A stretch of 64,000 nt of DNA from Bdellovibrionota bacterium (GCA_963668355.1 OY764265.1:2784001-2848000); one strand, 5' to 3'. Shown: positions 48,289-59,612, counted from the first letter of the stretch. Translations and numbers: made by a program. The notes: generated from the letters alone by a model not told the origin.

Positions 48289-49809
48289 CTAAATCACTTC
48301 CTTAAACCGTTTTTTGACGAACTCAGGTTCCAGACTTGCCAAGAAGAAACCCGCGCGGGGCCCCTTCGCCTTTCCAAGCAAGGAGAGATAAATGGCTTCG
48401 AACAATTCTTTTGGGGAAAGGCCCAGCTTTTCTTTGACCTCGTAAACGCGGGAGTGAATATCTTGTGCCGTCAGTCCCGGTTCCAACTTTTCGATGATTT
48501 CTCGAAGAGCTTGTTTTTGAAGGTCTGACAAATTTTTGGCCACTTCCGGCGTGCTCTCTTGAAGCGTAAATTTCACATCCTCAGGAGCAAACTTATCCAA
48601 CCACCTTCGTGCGTATTGAACGCGTTTTTCAATCTCCTTGGGTTCCTTAATCGGGTATCCCGTTCTCTCCAAAATCTCGATAACTTTTTTTACATCGTCC
48701 TGTGTGGTTTGAGCCAAACTCACCAAATGCCGAAAAGGCACTCCAGTCGCCCCAACGCCCCTGACTTCTGCCAATTCGGCCGCACGAACATTCCGATTCC
48801 GAGATTCATGGTCATCGTATTCATCAATCAACTGAAGGAGAGGAAGTCCTGGATCAAAGACAATCCGGCGGTTGGGTTTTGTTTTAATCACCATGTATTT
48901 GAGAACTTCTGGTGGAACGACTTCCAACATTTCATGAATGGAAAGCACATTGCCTTTGGAGGATGACATGTCGCCCCCTCCCTTTAGACTGATCCACTCA
49001 TAGATCACAGGAAACGGTGCCTCGAAGTCAAAGATCTCTTTCACCATGCGCTTACCCGTATCGTAGGAACCCCCACGCGAAGCGTGATCTTTTCCAAAAG
49101 GTTCTACGGTTACACCCAAAATTTCCCAACGGGCCGGCCAATCCACACGCCAGGTTAGCTTGCCACCTCCACGCATGGAAACTTCACCCGAGTCCCCACA
49201 TTCACATGTGTAATTAACGGTTTCCTGGGCCGCATCAAACCCCGTGGTTTGGGTTGTGGTCATACGACCACAGGCATTGCAAATGGGATTAAACGGAGAC
49301 CATTGATCGTCCGTTTCTTTTCCGGTTTCCTTCTTCAAAATCGCCCGGATTTCATTCGTATGTTCCAAAGCACGAATGATGTTTTGTACGTAACGACCTT
49401 CTTTGTACATGCGATCCGCGCGAACCACATCCAAGGGCATTCCAAGTTCTTCCATGGAGGCTAAAAAGGGCTCCAGAAAATGTTCGGCATAGCTTTCATG
49501 CTTGCCACACGGACAAGGAATTTCCGAAATGGGCTTTCCCACATGTTCGGCATAAATCGTTTCATCTAAGAATGGATACACCCTTCTTAAGGGATCAAAG
49601 GTGTCTGCGATATAATGGAACGTAACGTCTTGACCTTGGTCTTTGAGCGCACGAACGACTGCATCCGCCGTCACGACTTCGCGTAAATTTCCAATATGGA
49701 TCTCTCCGGAAGGGGTGATGCCGGTTGCAACAATCGTCCTCTTTTGGGATTTTTGTTGAATTTCCGAGGCCGCCTGATCGGCCCAAAATGTCGGTTCTTG
49801 ATTCGTCAT
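48289..49809 (-). CDS. lysK: Lysyl-tRNA synthetase, class I
   Basis: FWAD, GITPSG.IHIGN.RE, KL.WRVDWPARW, EPFGKDH, MSSSKGN, GPR.G. Confidence 0.96.
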   Translation of the reverse strand: MTNQEPTFWADQAASEIQQKSQKRTIVATGITPSGEIHIGNLREVVTADAVVRALKDQGQDVTFHYIADTFDPLRRVYPFLDETIYAEHVGKPISEIPCPCGKHESYAEHFLEPFLASMEELGMPLDVVRADRMYKEGRYVQNIIRALEHTNEIRAILKKETGKETDDQWSPFNPICNACGRMTTTQTTGFDAAQETVNYTCECGDSGEVSMRGGGKLTWRVDWPARWEILGVTVEPFGKDHASRGGSYDTGKRMVKEIFDFEAPFPVIYEWISLKGGGDMSSSKGNVLSIHEMLEVVPPEVLKYMVIKTKPNRRIVFDPGLPLLQLIDEYDDHESRNRNVRAAELAEVRGVGATGVPFRHLVSLAQTTQDDVKKVIEILERTGYPIKEPKEIEKRVQYARRWLDKFAPEDVKFTLQESTPEVAKNLSDLQKQALREIIEKLEPGLTAQDIHSRVYEVKEKLGLSPKELFEAIYLSLLGKAKGPRAGFFLASLEPEFVKKRFKEVI

Positions 49810-49820
49810 GGAGCGGCGAG

Positions 49821-49849
49821 GTTCTACCGGAGGTCGCCCTTTGCGTCAA
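49821..49849 (-). promoter_or_regulatory. Candidate sigma70 promoter for the LysRS gene
   Basis: TTGACG-N17-TAGAAC, 11 nt before ATG, no SD. Confidence 0.5.
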
Positions 49850-49959
49850 TTCTTCCTTTAAGTCTAGATATTTATCCCAAAAACCCCATTCCGGCTCGAT
49901 CCCGAGCGGCGTAGCGCGAGGCGAAGCATCTTTGAACAAGGATTGGAATTTACGGGGTT

Positions 49960-51105
49960 TTAAGAAGAGCCTTTTTGAAGGAGGTAGGCGCGAATGAAGT
50001 CGTCTAGATCGCCATCCAACACGGCTTGGACATTGCCCATCTCGAAATCCGTCCGATGGTCCTTGATCATCTGATACGGCTGTAAGACATAGGAACGAAT
50101 TTGACTCCCAAAATTGATGTTTTTCTTCTCCCCCGCAAGTTTGTCACGCTCCTTCTCACGCTCCTCCAACTCGCGCTCATACATTCGCGCTTTGAGAATT
50201 TTCATGGCCTGGGCTTTGTTTTTGTGCTGCGAGCGCTCGTTTTGACAGGTCACGACGATGCCGGTCGGCATATGCGTCAATCTCACCGCGGAATCCGTCT
50301 TATTGACATGCTGGCCTCCTGCCCCGGAGGCGCGATACGTGTCCACCCGAAGATCTTCATCGCGGATTTCAATATCAATATCGTCATCGACTTGAGGCAA
50401 AACCATGACCGACGCAAACGAGGTGTGTCTTCGCTTATTGGAATCAAATGGAGAAATTCTCACCAGGCGATGAATGCCCGCCTCGGACCGCAAGTACCCA
50501 TAAGCATAGGAGCCGTGAATCATCACCGTCACGTTTTTCATGCCGGCTTCTTCCCCAGGGAGCGAGTCCACAATTTCCGTTTTATAATCTTTGGTTTCGG
50601 CCCACCGTAAAAACATACGTAACAGCATTTGCACCCAGTCCTGGGCTTCGGTTCCCCCAGCACCCGAATTGATTTGAAGAATGGCCGAAGAGCCGTCCAA
50701 TTCTCCCCCCAACATTCTCCTAAACTCCAAGGCCTCAATGGATTTCTCAGCCCGAGTCACTTTCTCATTTACTTCCTTTTGAATCTCCTCATCCCCTTCT
50801 TCCGCCATCGGTGCAAACTCCTCGGCATCTGAAAGATCCGACTTCAAAGATTCAAACGTAGAAATGACATCCATGTTTCGACTTCGAATCTGTTGAACCT
50901 CCGCTGCTTTTTTGGGGTCATCCCAAAACTCCGACGAGGAGGCCTTCTCATCCAACTCTTCGACTTCTTTTCGAAGTTTATCGAGATCAAATGCAGCCGA
51001 AAGTTCTTCGACCTTTTTCAGCAATTTTGCGATCAATTCCAGCACGAAACGGAAATTACCACGAGGGGAATCGATTTCAAACATTGTCAAAAGTGAACGT
51101 TTCAC
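49960..51105 (-). CDS. prfB: Peptide chain release factor 2 (no internal frameshift; true start probably 51045 or 51084)
   Basis: GAGGTEAQDW, SPF motif, GGQHVNKTDSAVR, GSQIRSYV. Confidence 0.97.
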   Translation of the reverse strand: MKRSLLTMFEIDSPRGNFRFVLELIAKLLKKVEELSAAFDLDKLRKEVEELDEKASSSEFWDDPKKAAEVQQIRSRNMDVISTFESLKSDLSDAEEFAPMAEEGDEEIQKEVNEKVTRAEKSIEALEFRRMLGGELDGSSAILQINSGAGGTEAQDWVQMLLRMFLRWAETKDYKTEIVDSLPGEEAGMKNVTVMIHGSYAYGYLRSEAGIHRLVRISPFDSNKRRHTSFASVMVLPQVDDDIDIEIRDEDLRVDTYRASGAGGQHVNKTDSAVRLTHMPTGIVVTCQNERSQHKNKAQAMKILKARMYERELEEREKERDKLAGEKKNINFGSQIRSYVLQPYQMIKDHRTDFEMGNVQAVLDGDLDDFIRAYLLQKGSS

Positions 51106-51128
51106 TTTTGAGAGTTATACTGGGGCTC

Positions 51129-53111
51129 ATGCATCGCTGGGAGTGGACCAAGAATCACCTCTTTTCCATCGGAACCGTCCTTTTATTGGGAGGTGCCGCA
51201 GGAATCCTCATTGGTTTTTCGGCCATTCTCTTCACGAACCTTCCTCAAGTCGAACGTCTAGAACACTATAAACCGGCCGGAGCCACCCAACTTTTGGACA
51301 TTCACGGGAAAGTCATACACGAGTTCTTTCACGAACGTCGCCATCCCATTCCCCTGCATCTGATTCCCGAGAGAACTCAAAAAGCCTTTTTAGCTGCGGA
51401 AGACTGGCGTTTTTACGAACACTTCGGCCTAGACATCAAAGGATTGTTTCGAGCCATCGTGAAAAACATTCTGAGCGGGCGATATGCTGAAGGCGCCAGC
51501 ACCATCACACAGCAATTGACCAAAGTACTTTTTCTCACGCCCGAAAAAACGTTGGCGCGCAAACTAAAAGAAGCCTTCCTCGCACTTCAAATTGAACGCC
51601 GCTACAGCAAAAAAGAAATCCTCTCCCTTTATCTGAATCAAATTTATTTCGGCGCAGGTGCCTATGGAATTGAAGCCGCCGCTCAAACCTATTTTGGGCA
51701 TGGCGTCCAAAACCTGCACCCTTCTGAAGTTGCACTCTTAGCCGGCCTTCCCAAGGCCCCCCATCGATATTCTCCCTTTCACTTTCCGGAACGCTCCCTC
51801 AAGCGTCGAAACGTAATTCTAAAAGCCATGTACGAACGACGCCTGATCTCCGAAAGCGAATGGCGACAAGCGCAGGGAGAACCCCTACCCGATCCAGAAC
51901 GTCAATCTCGTCGTGCGCAGAGTTATTTTGCGGCTCATGTCCTCAAAACGCTCTCCGAGCATTTTGATGAAGACATGATTTACCGAGGAAATCTCACCGT
52001 AAAAACCACCTTGGATCTAAATCTACAAAAAGCGGCTGAAAAAGCGGTTAGCTTGGGATTGGAACTTTATCGCAAGCGACATCCCAAAAAATCCCCCGAT
52101 TCACTTCCACAAGCCGCTCTCTTGGCCATTGACCCGGTTACAGGTGAAATCCGAGCCATGGTGGGGGGAGATTCCTACGCCAAAACCCAATACAACCGAA
52201 CGACCCAGGCCTTACGTCAACCGGGATCCGCGTTCAAACCCATTTTGTACGCGGCAGCCATCGAGAGGGGCTATACGCAGTCCACCATGCTCTTGGACGA
52301 AAAAATTTCTTTTCACAATTCTCAATCGGGCGTTTGGGAGCCTGAAAACTACGAAGACGAATATGAAGGACTCATCCCCATGCGCCGTGCTTTGGAAAAA
52401 TCCAAGAATCTTGCCTCCATTCGTCTTCTTCAAGATCTTGGCGTCTCCACGCTCACACAAATGGCCAGTCGCCTGGGAATTGAATCTCCCATTGCAGCCA
52501 ATTTAACTTCCGCCCTTGGAAGTTCATCCATCCACATGACGGAGTTGGCCAGGGCTTATGCAACCTTCGCCCACGGAGGCATTCGCCCCAATCTTCGTTC
52601 CATTCGGCATGTTTTTTCGCCCAACGGAAATGAACGATGGGCGCCCCCCATTCCCAGCCAATTGGTCGTCCCTCCAACCGTAGCGTTCATCATGACGGAC
52701 ATGTTGAACGGCGTGGTTCGTTTTGGAACCGGCCAATTTGCCAAAAATCTATCCTGTGAGGTCGCAGGAAAAACGGGAACAACGGATGAGTATATTGATG
52801 CCTGGTTTGCAGGATACAGCCCGAAGTTGGTCACCGTGGCATGGATGGGGAACGACGACCGCACCTCCTTAGGATATGCCGAAAGCGGCGCCCGCGCTGC
52901 CGGGCCCATTTGGAAAGCATTCATGGAAAAGGCCTGCGAAAATCGAGAACTGGAATTTCCTCCCCCACCTCCTGGAATCGAATGGGTCAACATCGATCGA
53001 ACCACGGGAAAACTCCCCGGCCCGTTCTCGCTCGACATCATTTCTCAGGCCTATATCAAAGGCTCAAGACCCAGCGAAATATCTGAAGAAAAAGAATTCC
53101 CTGTAAATTAG
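51129..53111 (+). CDS. Class A penicillin-binding protein (PBP1A family)
   Basis: EDWRFYEHFG, GASTITQQL, SAFK, SKN, KTGT; TATACT 7 nt before ATG. Confidence 0.95.
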   Translation: MHRWEWTKNHLFSIGTVLLLGGAAGILIGFSAILFTNLPQVERLEHYKPAGATQLLDIHGKVIHEFFHERRHPIPLHLIPERTQKAFLAAEDWRFYEHFGLDIKGLFRAIVKNILSGRYAEGASTITQQLTKVLFLTPEKTLARKLKEAFLALQIERRYSKKEILSLYLNQIYFGAGAYGIEAAAQTYFGHGVQNLHPSEVALLAGLPKAPHRYSPFHFPERSLKRRNVILKAMYERRLISESEWRQAQGEPLPDPERQSRRAQSYFAAHVLKTLSEHFDEDMIYRGNLTVKTTLDLNLQKAAEKAVSLGLELYRKRHPKKSPDSLPQAALLAIDPVTGEIRAMVGGDSYAKTQYNRTTQALRQPGSAFKPILYAAAIERGYTQSTMLLDEKISFHNSQSGVWEPENYEDEYEGLIPMRRALEKSKNLASIRLLQDLGVSTLTQMASRLGIESPIAANLTSALGSSSIHMTELARAYATFAHGGIRPNLRSIRHVFSPNGNERWAPPIPSQLVVPPTVAFIMTDMLNGVVRFGTGQFAKNLSCEVAGKTGTTDEYIDAWFAGYSPKLVTVAWMGNDDRTSLGYAESGARAAGPIWKAFMEKACENRELEFPPPPPGIEWVNIDRTTGKLPGPFSLDIISQAYIKGSRPSEISEEKEFPVN

Positions 53112-53144
53112 TGAAGGGTTCGTTTAAAAACTCCTGCTTTACTC

Positions 53145-55316
53145 ATGCGTTCATTAGACCACTTAAACCCAGAACAACTATCCGCCGTTGAGTATTCGGA
53201 TGGACACCTCCTCGTGGTGGCTGGAGCCGGATCTGGCAAAACGCGGGTCCTAACCCATAAAATTGTCTATTTGGTTGAGTCCTGCAACGTGTTTCCGGGA
53301 TCCATTGTCGCCATGACCTTTTCCAATAAGGCGGCGCAAGAGATGAAAGAGCGAATCGCGCATCTCCTCCCCCGGTACGAGCAGCCTCACTGGATTGGAA
53401 CTTTTCACTCCATTTGTTTGAGAATTCTCAAAGAGTTTCATGAAGAAGTTGGGTTAAGGGAAAATTTTTCAATTTATGATGAACAAGACCAGCTGTCTTT
53501 GCTCAAACGAATCCTCAAAGCTCAGAATTTGGATCCGAAGGAGTATCCTCCCAAAGTCATTCGATACCACATCGATCGGGCAAAAAATGAAACACCTCAT
53601 GTCTTGGATCTATTGAAAAAAGAAGAAATCCTTGGAGAAAAGGCATTGGAAATTGCCGCTCTTTACCAAAAGGGATTGCAACAAAACAGTGCCGTCGACT
53701 TTGGAGACCTTCTGGGAAAAACTCTTCTTCTATTGCAACGAAACGAAGAAGTTCGAGAGAGCCTCCAAAAAAGATGGAATCGTTTTTTAATTGATGAATA
53801 TCAAGACACCAACCGCATTCAAAAAGAGCTCATCCTCCAACTCGTTGGCCCTTCCGGCATCGTCTGTGCGGTCGGCGATGAAGACCAATCCATTTATGGT
53901 TGGCGCGGCGCCTGCGTAGAGAACATCTTGGAATTTCAAGATGATTTTCCCGGTGCCCAAGTACTGAAATTGGAACGGAATTACCGCTCCACCAAAAAGA
54001 TTCTTTCCGTAGCCAACTCCGTGATCTGTCACAATATTGGACGACGGGCCAAGGAGCTTTGGACCGAAAACCAAGATGGAGAAATGGTTTCGTTTTACCA
54101 GGCTGAGAACGACTATGCCGAAGCTGAGTATGTCTTTGACCAGGCCCTCGCCCAAATCAATCGGGGAGAAGTCCAACCCGGCGAAGTGTCTGTTTTCTAT
54201 CGCACTCACGTACAGTCCAGAGTTTTGGAAGAAGATCTTCGAAGAAGAAATGTGCCTTATCGAATTTTTGGAGGCATCCGATTTTATGACCGCGCGGAAG
54301 TAAAGGACCTTCTCGCGTTCCTACGCTTGGCCGTCAACCCTTCGGACAATATTTCACTGGTTCGAATCATCAACACGCCTTCACGTGGGGTTGGGGCAAA
54401 AACCATCAGCAATCTTGCCCAACGCTCGGCCGATCTAAATTGTTCGATGTTTGAAGCCATCCCTTTTCATCCTGGAAAAACAAAAGGAGATCGAGCTTTA
54501 CATGATTTCCATGCTTGGTTCTCTGTATTGGCTTCGGATGCGGCTCAGAAACCTGCAGTCGAAGTGGCTGAAAGCATCATGGAAGAAAGCGGTTACATCA
54601 AGGCCTTGGAAAAAGAGGGAACCGTTGAAGCTGAAAGCCGCGTTGAACATATTCAAGAAGTGATGCGTTCCATGGAGGAATTTGAAGAGCAGGGAGTTCA
54701 CACGCTTCCCGAGTATCTGGATCGCATTTCGCTCGTTGCGGATACGGACAGCTACGACTCTGCCGAGCAAGCCATCACGTTGATGACGATTCACAACGCC
54801 AAAGGGCTTGAATTTGATTCCGTGTTCGTTGTGGGATTGGAGGAAGGCATCTTTCCTCATCAACGATCCATCGATGAAGGCACCACCGAAGAAATCGAAG
54901 AAGAACGGCGCCTTTGCTATGTCGCCATGACGCGCGCTCGAAAAAGGCTAACCCTAACGGCAGCCCAACGACGAAGGCTCTATCAATCCATTCAATACAA
55001 TCCGATTTCCAGATTCATTGATGAAATCCCCTCCAGGAATCTTCTCAATTTGACGCCTCAGGACGACTCTTGGGAGGCCCCGCGGAAGACCTTCAAAAAG
55101 AGACAAGAATATGATGAATTCGCTCAAGACGTGTACGATGATGATGAGAGTCTTTACGCACCCGGTACGCGTGTGATTCACCCCAGTCTTGGGATGGGTA
55201 CCGTTCGAAAATGTGAAGGGGATTCTGACAACTTGAAAGTAACCATACAATTCAAACAGGGCGGCACGAAAAAGATCCTCTTAAATTACTGTGATTTGGA
55301 AAGGGTGGATGGATGA
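53145..55316 (+). CDS. uvrD: UvrD/PcrA DNA helicase
   Basis: AGAGSGKT, DEYQDTN, VGDEDQSIY, KGLEF, EERRLCYVAMTRA, C-terminal Tudor-like domain. Confidence 0.95.
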   Translation: MRSLDHLNPEQLSAVEYSDGHLLVVAGAGSGKTRVLTHKIVYLVESCNVFPGSIVAMTFSNKAAQEMKERIAHLLPRYEQPHWIGTFHSICLRILKEFHEEVGLRENFSIYDEQDQLSLLKRILKAQNLDPKEYPPKVIRYHIDRAKNETPHVLDLLKKEEILGEKALEIAALYQKGLQQNSAVDFGDLLGKTLLLLQRNEEVRESLQKRWNRFLIDEYQDTNRIQKELILQLVGPSGIVCAVGDEDQSIYGWRGACVENILEFQDDFPGAQVLKLERNYRSTKKILSVANSVICHNIGRRAKELWTENQDGEMVSFYQAENDYAEAEYVFDQALAQINRGEVQPGEVSVFYRTHVQSRVLEEDLRRRNVPYRIFGGIRFYDRAEVKDLLAFLRLAVNPSDNISLVRIINTPSRGVGAKTISNLAQRSADLNCSMFEAIPFHPGKTKGDRALHDFHAWFSVLASDAAQKPAVEVAESIMEESGYIKALEKEGTVEAESRVEHIQEVMRSMEEFEEQGVHTLPEYLDRISLVADTDSYDSAEQAITLMTIHNAKGLEFDSVFVVGLEEGIFPHQRSIDEGTTEEIEEERRLCYVAMTRARKRLTLTAAQRRRLYQSIQYNPISRFIDEIPSRNLLNLTPQDDSWEAPRKTFKKRQEYDEFAQDVYDDDESLYAPGTRVIHPSLGMGTVRKCEGDSDNLKVTIQFKQGGTKKILLNYCDLERVDG

Positions 55317-55915
55317 CCGAAACCATCATCTGCTCCAATTGTGGCCACGCCTTCTCGCCTCCGGGAGGCATTCCCGATATCGAATGTCCCGAATGCGGGA
55401 CGCTCCAGATCTTGGCCGAAGAGGCTCCCACACAGGCACAATCTCCCCTGGACCGGCCCATTGAACGCAATCACTCCAGCCTAGAGGCACAGCCAAAAAT
55501 CAGAACCCAAGAAAGAACGCCTCCCGAAGCCAAAGTGAGTGAACAAAAAGCAGTTTCTGAACGAGCCTCTTCCATACCTCGCACCCCTCCACCGCAGACG
55601 CTTTCTCACGCGGGGGTCAAGCGCGGTGTCCGGACTTCACACTTTCGGCGTGTGTTTAACACGATGGGGCCTGTAATCCTCGTCTGCCTCTTGTTTTTTG
55701 GATGGGTCGCGTATGACAAGATCATCCGCGTCGACTCTCAAATGCAAGCCCAAAAACTTGCTGAGCAATCCATCCACAGTTACCGAAAAGGAAATCTTCA
55801 AGAGGCGAAGCAATTCTTAGATCACGCAAAAACGCTCAGCCCCCGACTGCCGCTCGTTCTTTCTTTGGAGCAATTGTACGAAGAATTGGAAAAACGGACG
55901 TCAAACTCGCCCTAG
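55313..55915 (+). CDS. Hypothetical protein: N-terminal zinc ribbon, linker, TM, TPR-like tail
   Basis: CSNCG...CPECG; start overlaps uvrD stop. Confidence 0.7.
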   Translation: MTETIICSNCGHAFSPPGGIPDIECPECGTLQILAEEAPTQAQSPLDRPIERNHSSLEAQPKIRTQERTPPEAKVSEQKAVSERASSIPRTPPPQTLSHAGVKRGVRTSHFRRVFNTMGPVILVCLLFFGWVAYDKIIRVDSQMQAQKLAEQSIHSYRKGNLQEAKQFLDHAKTLSPRLPLVLSLEQLYEELEKRTSNSP

Positions 55916-55919
55916 AAAA

Positions 55920-58544
55920 TCATCTTCCGTGACATTTCTTGTATTTTTTTCCTGAACCACAGGGACAGGGATCGTTTCTTCCCACTTTTTCCGCTTGCCT
56001 CCGAACGGTTCCTCCCGCAGGCTGAACATTCGCTCCCGGCATGGGATTTCCACCATCCGCTCCCGGTTGCGCCTGAGGTCGAGCTCCGGGCATGGGGCCC
56101 CGACTTTCGGAGTACTGAGCCATTGGGCGTGGTTTTCGAAATAATTGTTTCTCCGCTTCAGATTCATCGTCCGTAGCAAGCCGAATATGAAAGAAACGCT
56201 CCAACGCAGCCTCTTTGGTGGCATAGACCATCTCAGAAAACATTTCGAAACCCTTTTTCTGGTACACAACGAGGGGATCTTTCTGAGCATACCCTTCAAA
56301 ACCCACTCCCTCTTTGAGGTGATCCATGTTCAAGAGATGATCCTTCCAAAGCGTATCAATCGTCCGCAGTTTCACTTCTCGTTCGATCTTTCGTGACAGT
56401 TCGGGCGTAAATTCATTTTCCTTTTCCCGATAGCGATCCCGTGCTGCCCCGTGCAAGATTTCCTGAACCTTTCCCATGTCTTTCTGGTCGACCTTGGAAG
56501 GATCTATCGGACATTGCATATCAAAAATTTTCAAGAGCATTTCCCGAATGGAATCCCACTCCCATTCGACCACGGGTTTTCCCGGAATGGCAAAGGCCAG
56601 CATGAGTTCTTCAACAACTTCTTCAATGTCTTGCTCAATGACTTCTTTAATATCCCCTTTACCCAACACTTCTTTTCGAAGCGCATAAATGACTTTGCGC
56701 TGCTTATTCATCACATCGTCATATTTGAGCAGATGTTTTCGAATATCGAAGTTGTGTCCTTCTACCCTGCGTTGAGCCCCCTCAATCGCTCGACTGGTCA
56801 TCTTATGTTCAATGGCTTCGCCTTCTTCCATTCCCAAGCGATCCATCAGGGACTTGACCCGATCCCCACCAAAAACGCGCATCAAATCATCTTCCAAGGA
56901 CAGATAAAATTGGGATTCCCCAGGATCTCCTTGGCGTCCACAACGACCTCTCAGCTGATTGTCGATTCGCCGAGATTCGTGGCGCTCGGTCCCCAAGATG
57001 AATAAACCGCCCACATCCGGAACCCCTTCTCCCAATACGATATCCGTACCTCGGCCCGCCATATTTGTCGCAATGGTGACTTGGCCAGGTTGACCGGCAT
57101 CCTTGACGATTTCGGCTTCTCTCTCGTGGTGTTTCGCATTCAACACATTGTGTTTGACGCCATTGCGCTTGAGATACTTGGATAATACTTCCGATTTCTC
57201 AATCGAGATCGTTCCCACCAGAACGGGTTGGTTCTTTTCATGCAACTCACGAATATGTTCGGTTATGGCTTGAAATTTTTCACGTTCCGTTCGGTAAATG
57301 ACGTCGGCATGGTCTTTTCGAATCATGGGTTTGTTCGTGGGGATGACCATGACATCCAAATTATAAATTTTCTTAAACTCTTCGGCTTCCGTATCGGCTG
57401 TACCGGTCATTCCAGCCAACTTATCGAACATGCGAAAATAATTTTGAAACGTGATCGAGGCCAGCGTTTGGTTTTCGTTCTCAATTTTCACATTCTCTTT
57501 GGCTTCAATGGCTTGATGTAAACCATCGGACCAACGTCTGCCAGGCATGAGACGCCCGGTAAACTCGTCCACGATCACGATCTCACCATCTTTGATCATG
57601 TAATCCACGTCCCTGCGATAGAGGTGATGCGCACGTAAGCCTTGATTCACGTGATGCACCACTTCCATATTGGCGGGATCGTATAGATTTTGAATCCCCA
57701 TGGCTTTTTCTACGGCCTCAATGCCATCCTCATTGAGCAAAGCAGATTTGGCTTTTTCATCGATCGTAAAATGTTTCTCCTTCTTAAGAATCGGAATGAT
57801 GCGATTGATCGCATAATACTTCTCTGTCGACTCTTCCGTGGGACCAGAAATGATCAAAGGAGTACGTGCTTCGTCCACCAAAATGGAGTCCACTTCGTCG
57901 ACAATGGAGAAAAAGAGGTCCCGCTGAACATAGTTTTCCAACGAGTACTTCATATTGTCCCGAAGGTAATCAAAGCCGAATTCATTGTTTTGCCCATAGG
58001 TGACGTCACAGTTATAGGCAGCTTTTCGCTCCTCATCATCCATGCCATGGACAACGACGCCCACCGTCAATCCCAAGAAGCGATAAATCTCTCCCATCCA
58101 TTTGGCATCACGTTGGGCCAAATAGTCGTTGACCGTGACGACATGAACACCTCTTCCCAACAATGCGTTTAGGTATACCGGCAAGGTCGCGACCAGCGTT
58201 TTTCCTTCTCCGGTTCTCATTTCGGCAATGGTTCCTCGATGTAAGACGATTCCGCCAATCAATTGCACATCAAAATGTCGCATGCCCACCGTACGACGCC
58301 CAGCTTCCCGAACAACGGCAAAGGCCTCCGGAAGAATCTGATCCAACAAGACTTTTTGTTGATCTAAATCTTTTTCGGCAAAGAGAAGGGAACGAAACTC
58401 CTTTGTCTTCCCACGCAACGCTTCATCCGAGAGCTTTCGAATGGATGGTTCAAAAGCATTGATCTCATCCACGATGGGTTGGAGTTTTTTGATCTCTCGT
58501 TCGTTTTTTGTGCCAAATATTTTCTTAAGTACGTACGTGAACAT
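55920..58544 (-). CDS. secA: Preprotein translocase ATPase SecA
   Basis: [27 protein letters not shown]-terminal [18 protein letters not shown]. Confidence 0.99.
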   Translation of the reverse strand: MFTYVLKKIFGTKNEREIKKLQPIVDEINAFEPSIRKLSDEALRGKTKEFRSLLFAEKDLDQQKVLLDQILPEAFAVVREAGRRTVGMRHFDVQLIGGIVLHRGTIAEMRTGEGKTLVATLPVYLNALLGRGVHVVTVNDYLAQRDAKWMGEIYRFLGLTVGVVVHGMDDEERKAAYNCDVTYGQNNEFGFDYLRDNMKYSLENYVQRDLFFSIVDEVDSILVDEARTPLIISGPTEESTEKYYAINRIIPILKKEKHFTIDEKAKSALLNEDGIEAVEKAMGIQNLYDPANMEVVHHVNQGLRAHHLYRRDVDYMIKDGEIVIVDEFTGRLMPGRRWSDGLHQAIEAKENVKIENENQTLASITFQNYFRMFDKLAGMTGTADTEAEEFKKIYNLDVMVIPTNKPMIRKDHADVIYRTEREKFQAITEHIRELHEKNQPVLVGTISIEKSEVLSKYLKRNGVKHNVLNAKHHEREAEIVKDAGQPGQVTIATNMAGRGTDIVLGEGVPDVGGLFILGTERHESRRIDNQLRGRCGRQGDPGESQFYLSLEDDLMRVFGGDRVKSLMDRLGMEEGEAIEHKMTSRAIEGAQRRVEGHNFDIRKHLLKYDDVMNKQRKVIYALRKEVLGKGDIKEVIEQDIEEVVEELMLAFAIPGKPVVEWEWDSIREMLLKIFDMQCPIDPSKVDQKDMGKVQEILHGAARDRYREKENEFTPELSRKIEREVKLRTIDTLWKDHLLNMDHLKEGVGFEGYAQKDPLVVYQKKGFEMFSEMVYATKEAALERFFHIRLATDDESEAEKQLFRKPRPMAQYSESRGPMPGARPQAQPGADGGNPMPGANVQPAGGTVRRQAEKVGRNDPCPCGSGKKYKKCHGR

Positions 58545-58670
58545 TCTGCAACTTCGACTTCTTTCCTAAATGCAAATCTTACCACTCTGGTGAATAAATC
58601 GAAGATAATCACATATTTGAAACAAGCAAGTGTCCTGAGAATAAGAATTGATGGTCAGGAACGAATCGGA

Positions 58671-59612
58671 CTAATTGAGAATGTACCGCATGGGGTTTAC
58701 CGGGATCCCGTTGATTCGAACCTCATAGTGCAAATGAGGTCCGGTGGACCTTCCCGTGTTTCCCATTTTCGCAATGGGGTCTCCACGCTTTACCTTCTGC
58801 CCGACCTTGACCAAATGCTCGGAGTTATGGGCGAATCGCGTAACGATTCCATATCCGTGATTCAAAACCAGAACTTTTCCATACCCTCTTTCCGTGTCCT
58901 GGTGGGTCACCACGCCATCTGCTGGGGCATAGATCTTCGTTCCAATGGGACCTGCTACATCAATCCCCTCATGCAACCGACGTAAACCCGTAAAAGGCGA
59001 AATTCGATATCCGAAGCGAGATGTTAACCACCCGCGTGTGGGCCAAATGGAGGGGGTCGAAGCCAACACCGTCTTTTGATCTTTCAGAATTTCATAAACC
59101 TCTTGAAGAGACTGCTCCTGCAAACCCGCTCTTCGGTGCAGATCATCCACCGAAAGCTCCATGGATCTCATTCGATAGGAAAACTCCGGAGAGAGTTCCC
59201 CCGGCCCCACAGAAGCCAACAAGGTTTCACCGCCATTTTTTTGATCCATCATGTCCTGATCTTCTTCGGAGATGGGACCAATGCCTCCCGTCGATTGAGT
59301 ATCGACCCTGGCCAGAACGCGCAGTTTTTCCTCAAAGTTTTGAATTCGAACCAAGGTGGCCTTGGCCGTGGCAATTTCATTTCGAAGCGATTGAAGTTTT
59401 CCTTCCAAGTACTGATTCTTCAAAAGGGCCTCTTCAAACTCGCCCCGATGAGCCAGATACCTGAGAGATGTGATCGTGGTGACGGAACCAATCAGCAACA
59501 AGAATAAAACCGAAGCCGCAACCCACAACACGGCTCGTTTGGAAATGAGCCATTTCTTAACCCGAGAACTTCTCTCGGGAATGAACATGAATGTGTAATA
59601 TCGATTCGCCAA
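58671..59612 (-). CDS. M23 family peptidase
   Basis: TM, coiled coil, H.GID, HLHYE; upstream of secA. Confidence 0.93.
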   Translation of the reverse strand: MANRYYTFMFIPERSSRVKKWLISKRAVLWVAASVLFLLLIGSVTTITSLRYLAHRGEFEEALLKNQYLEGKLQSLRNEIATAKATLVRIQNFEEKLRVLARVDTQSTGGIGPISEEDQDMMDQKNGGETLLASVGPGELSPEFSYRMRSMELSVDDLHRRAGLQEQSLQEVYEILKDQKTVLASTPSIWPTRGWLTSRFGYRISPFTGLRRLHEGIDVAGPIGTKIYAPADGVVTHQDTERGYGKVLVLNHGYGIVTRFAHNSEHLVKVGQKVKRGDPIAKMGNTGRSTGPHLHYEVRINGIPVNPMRYILN

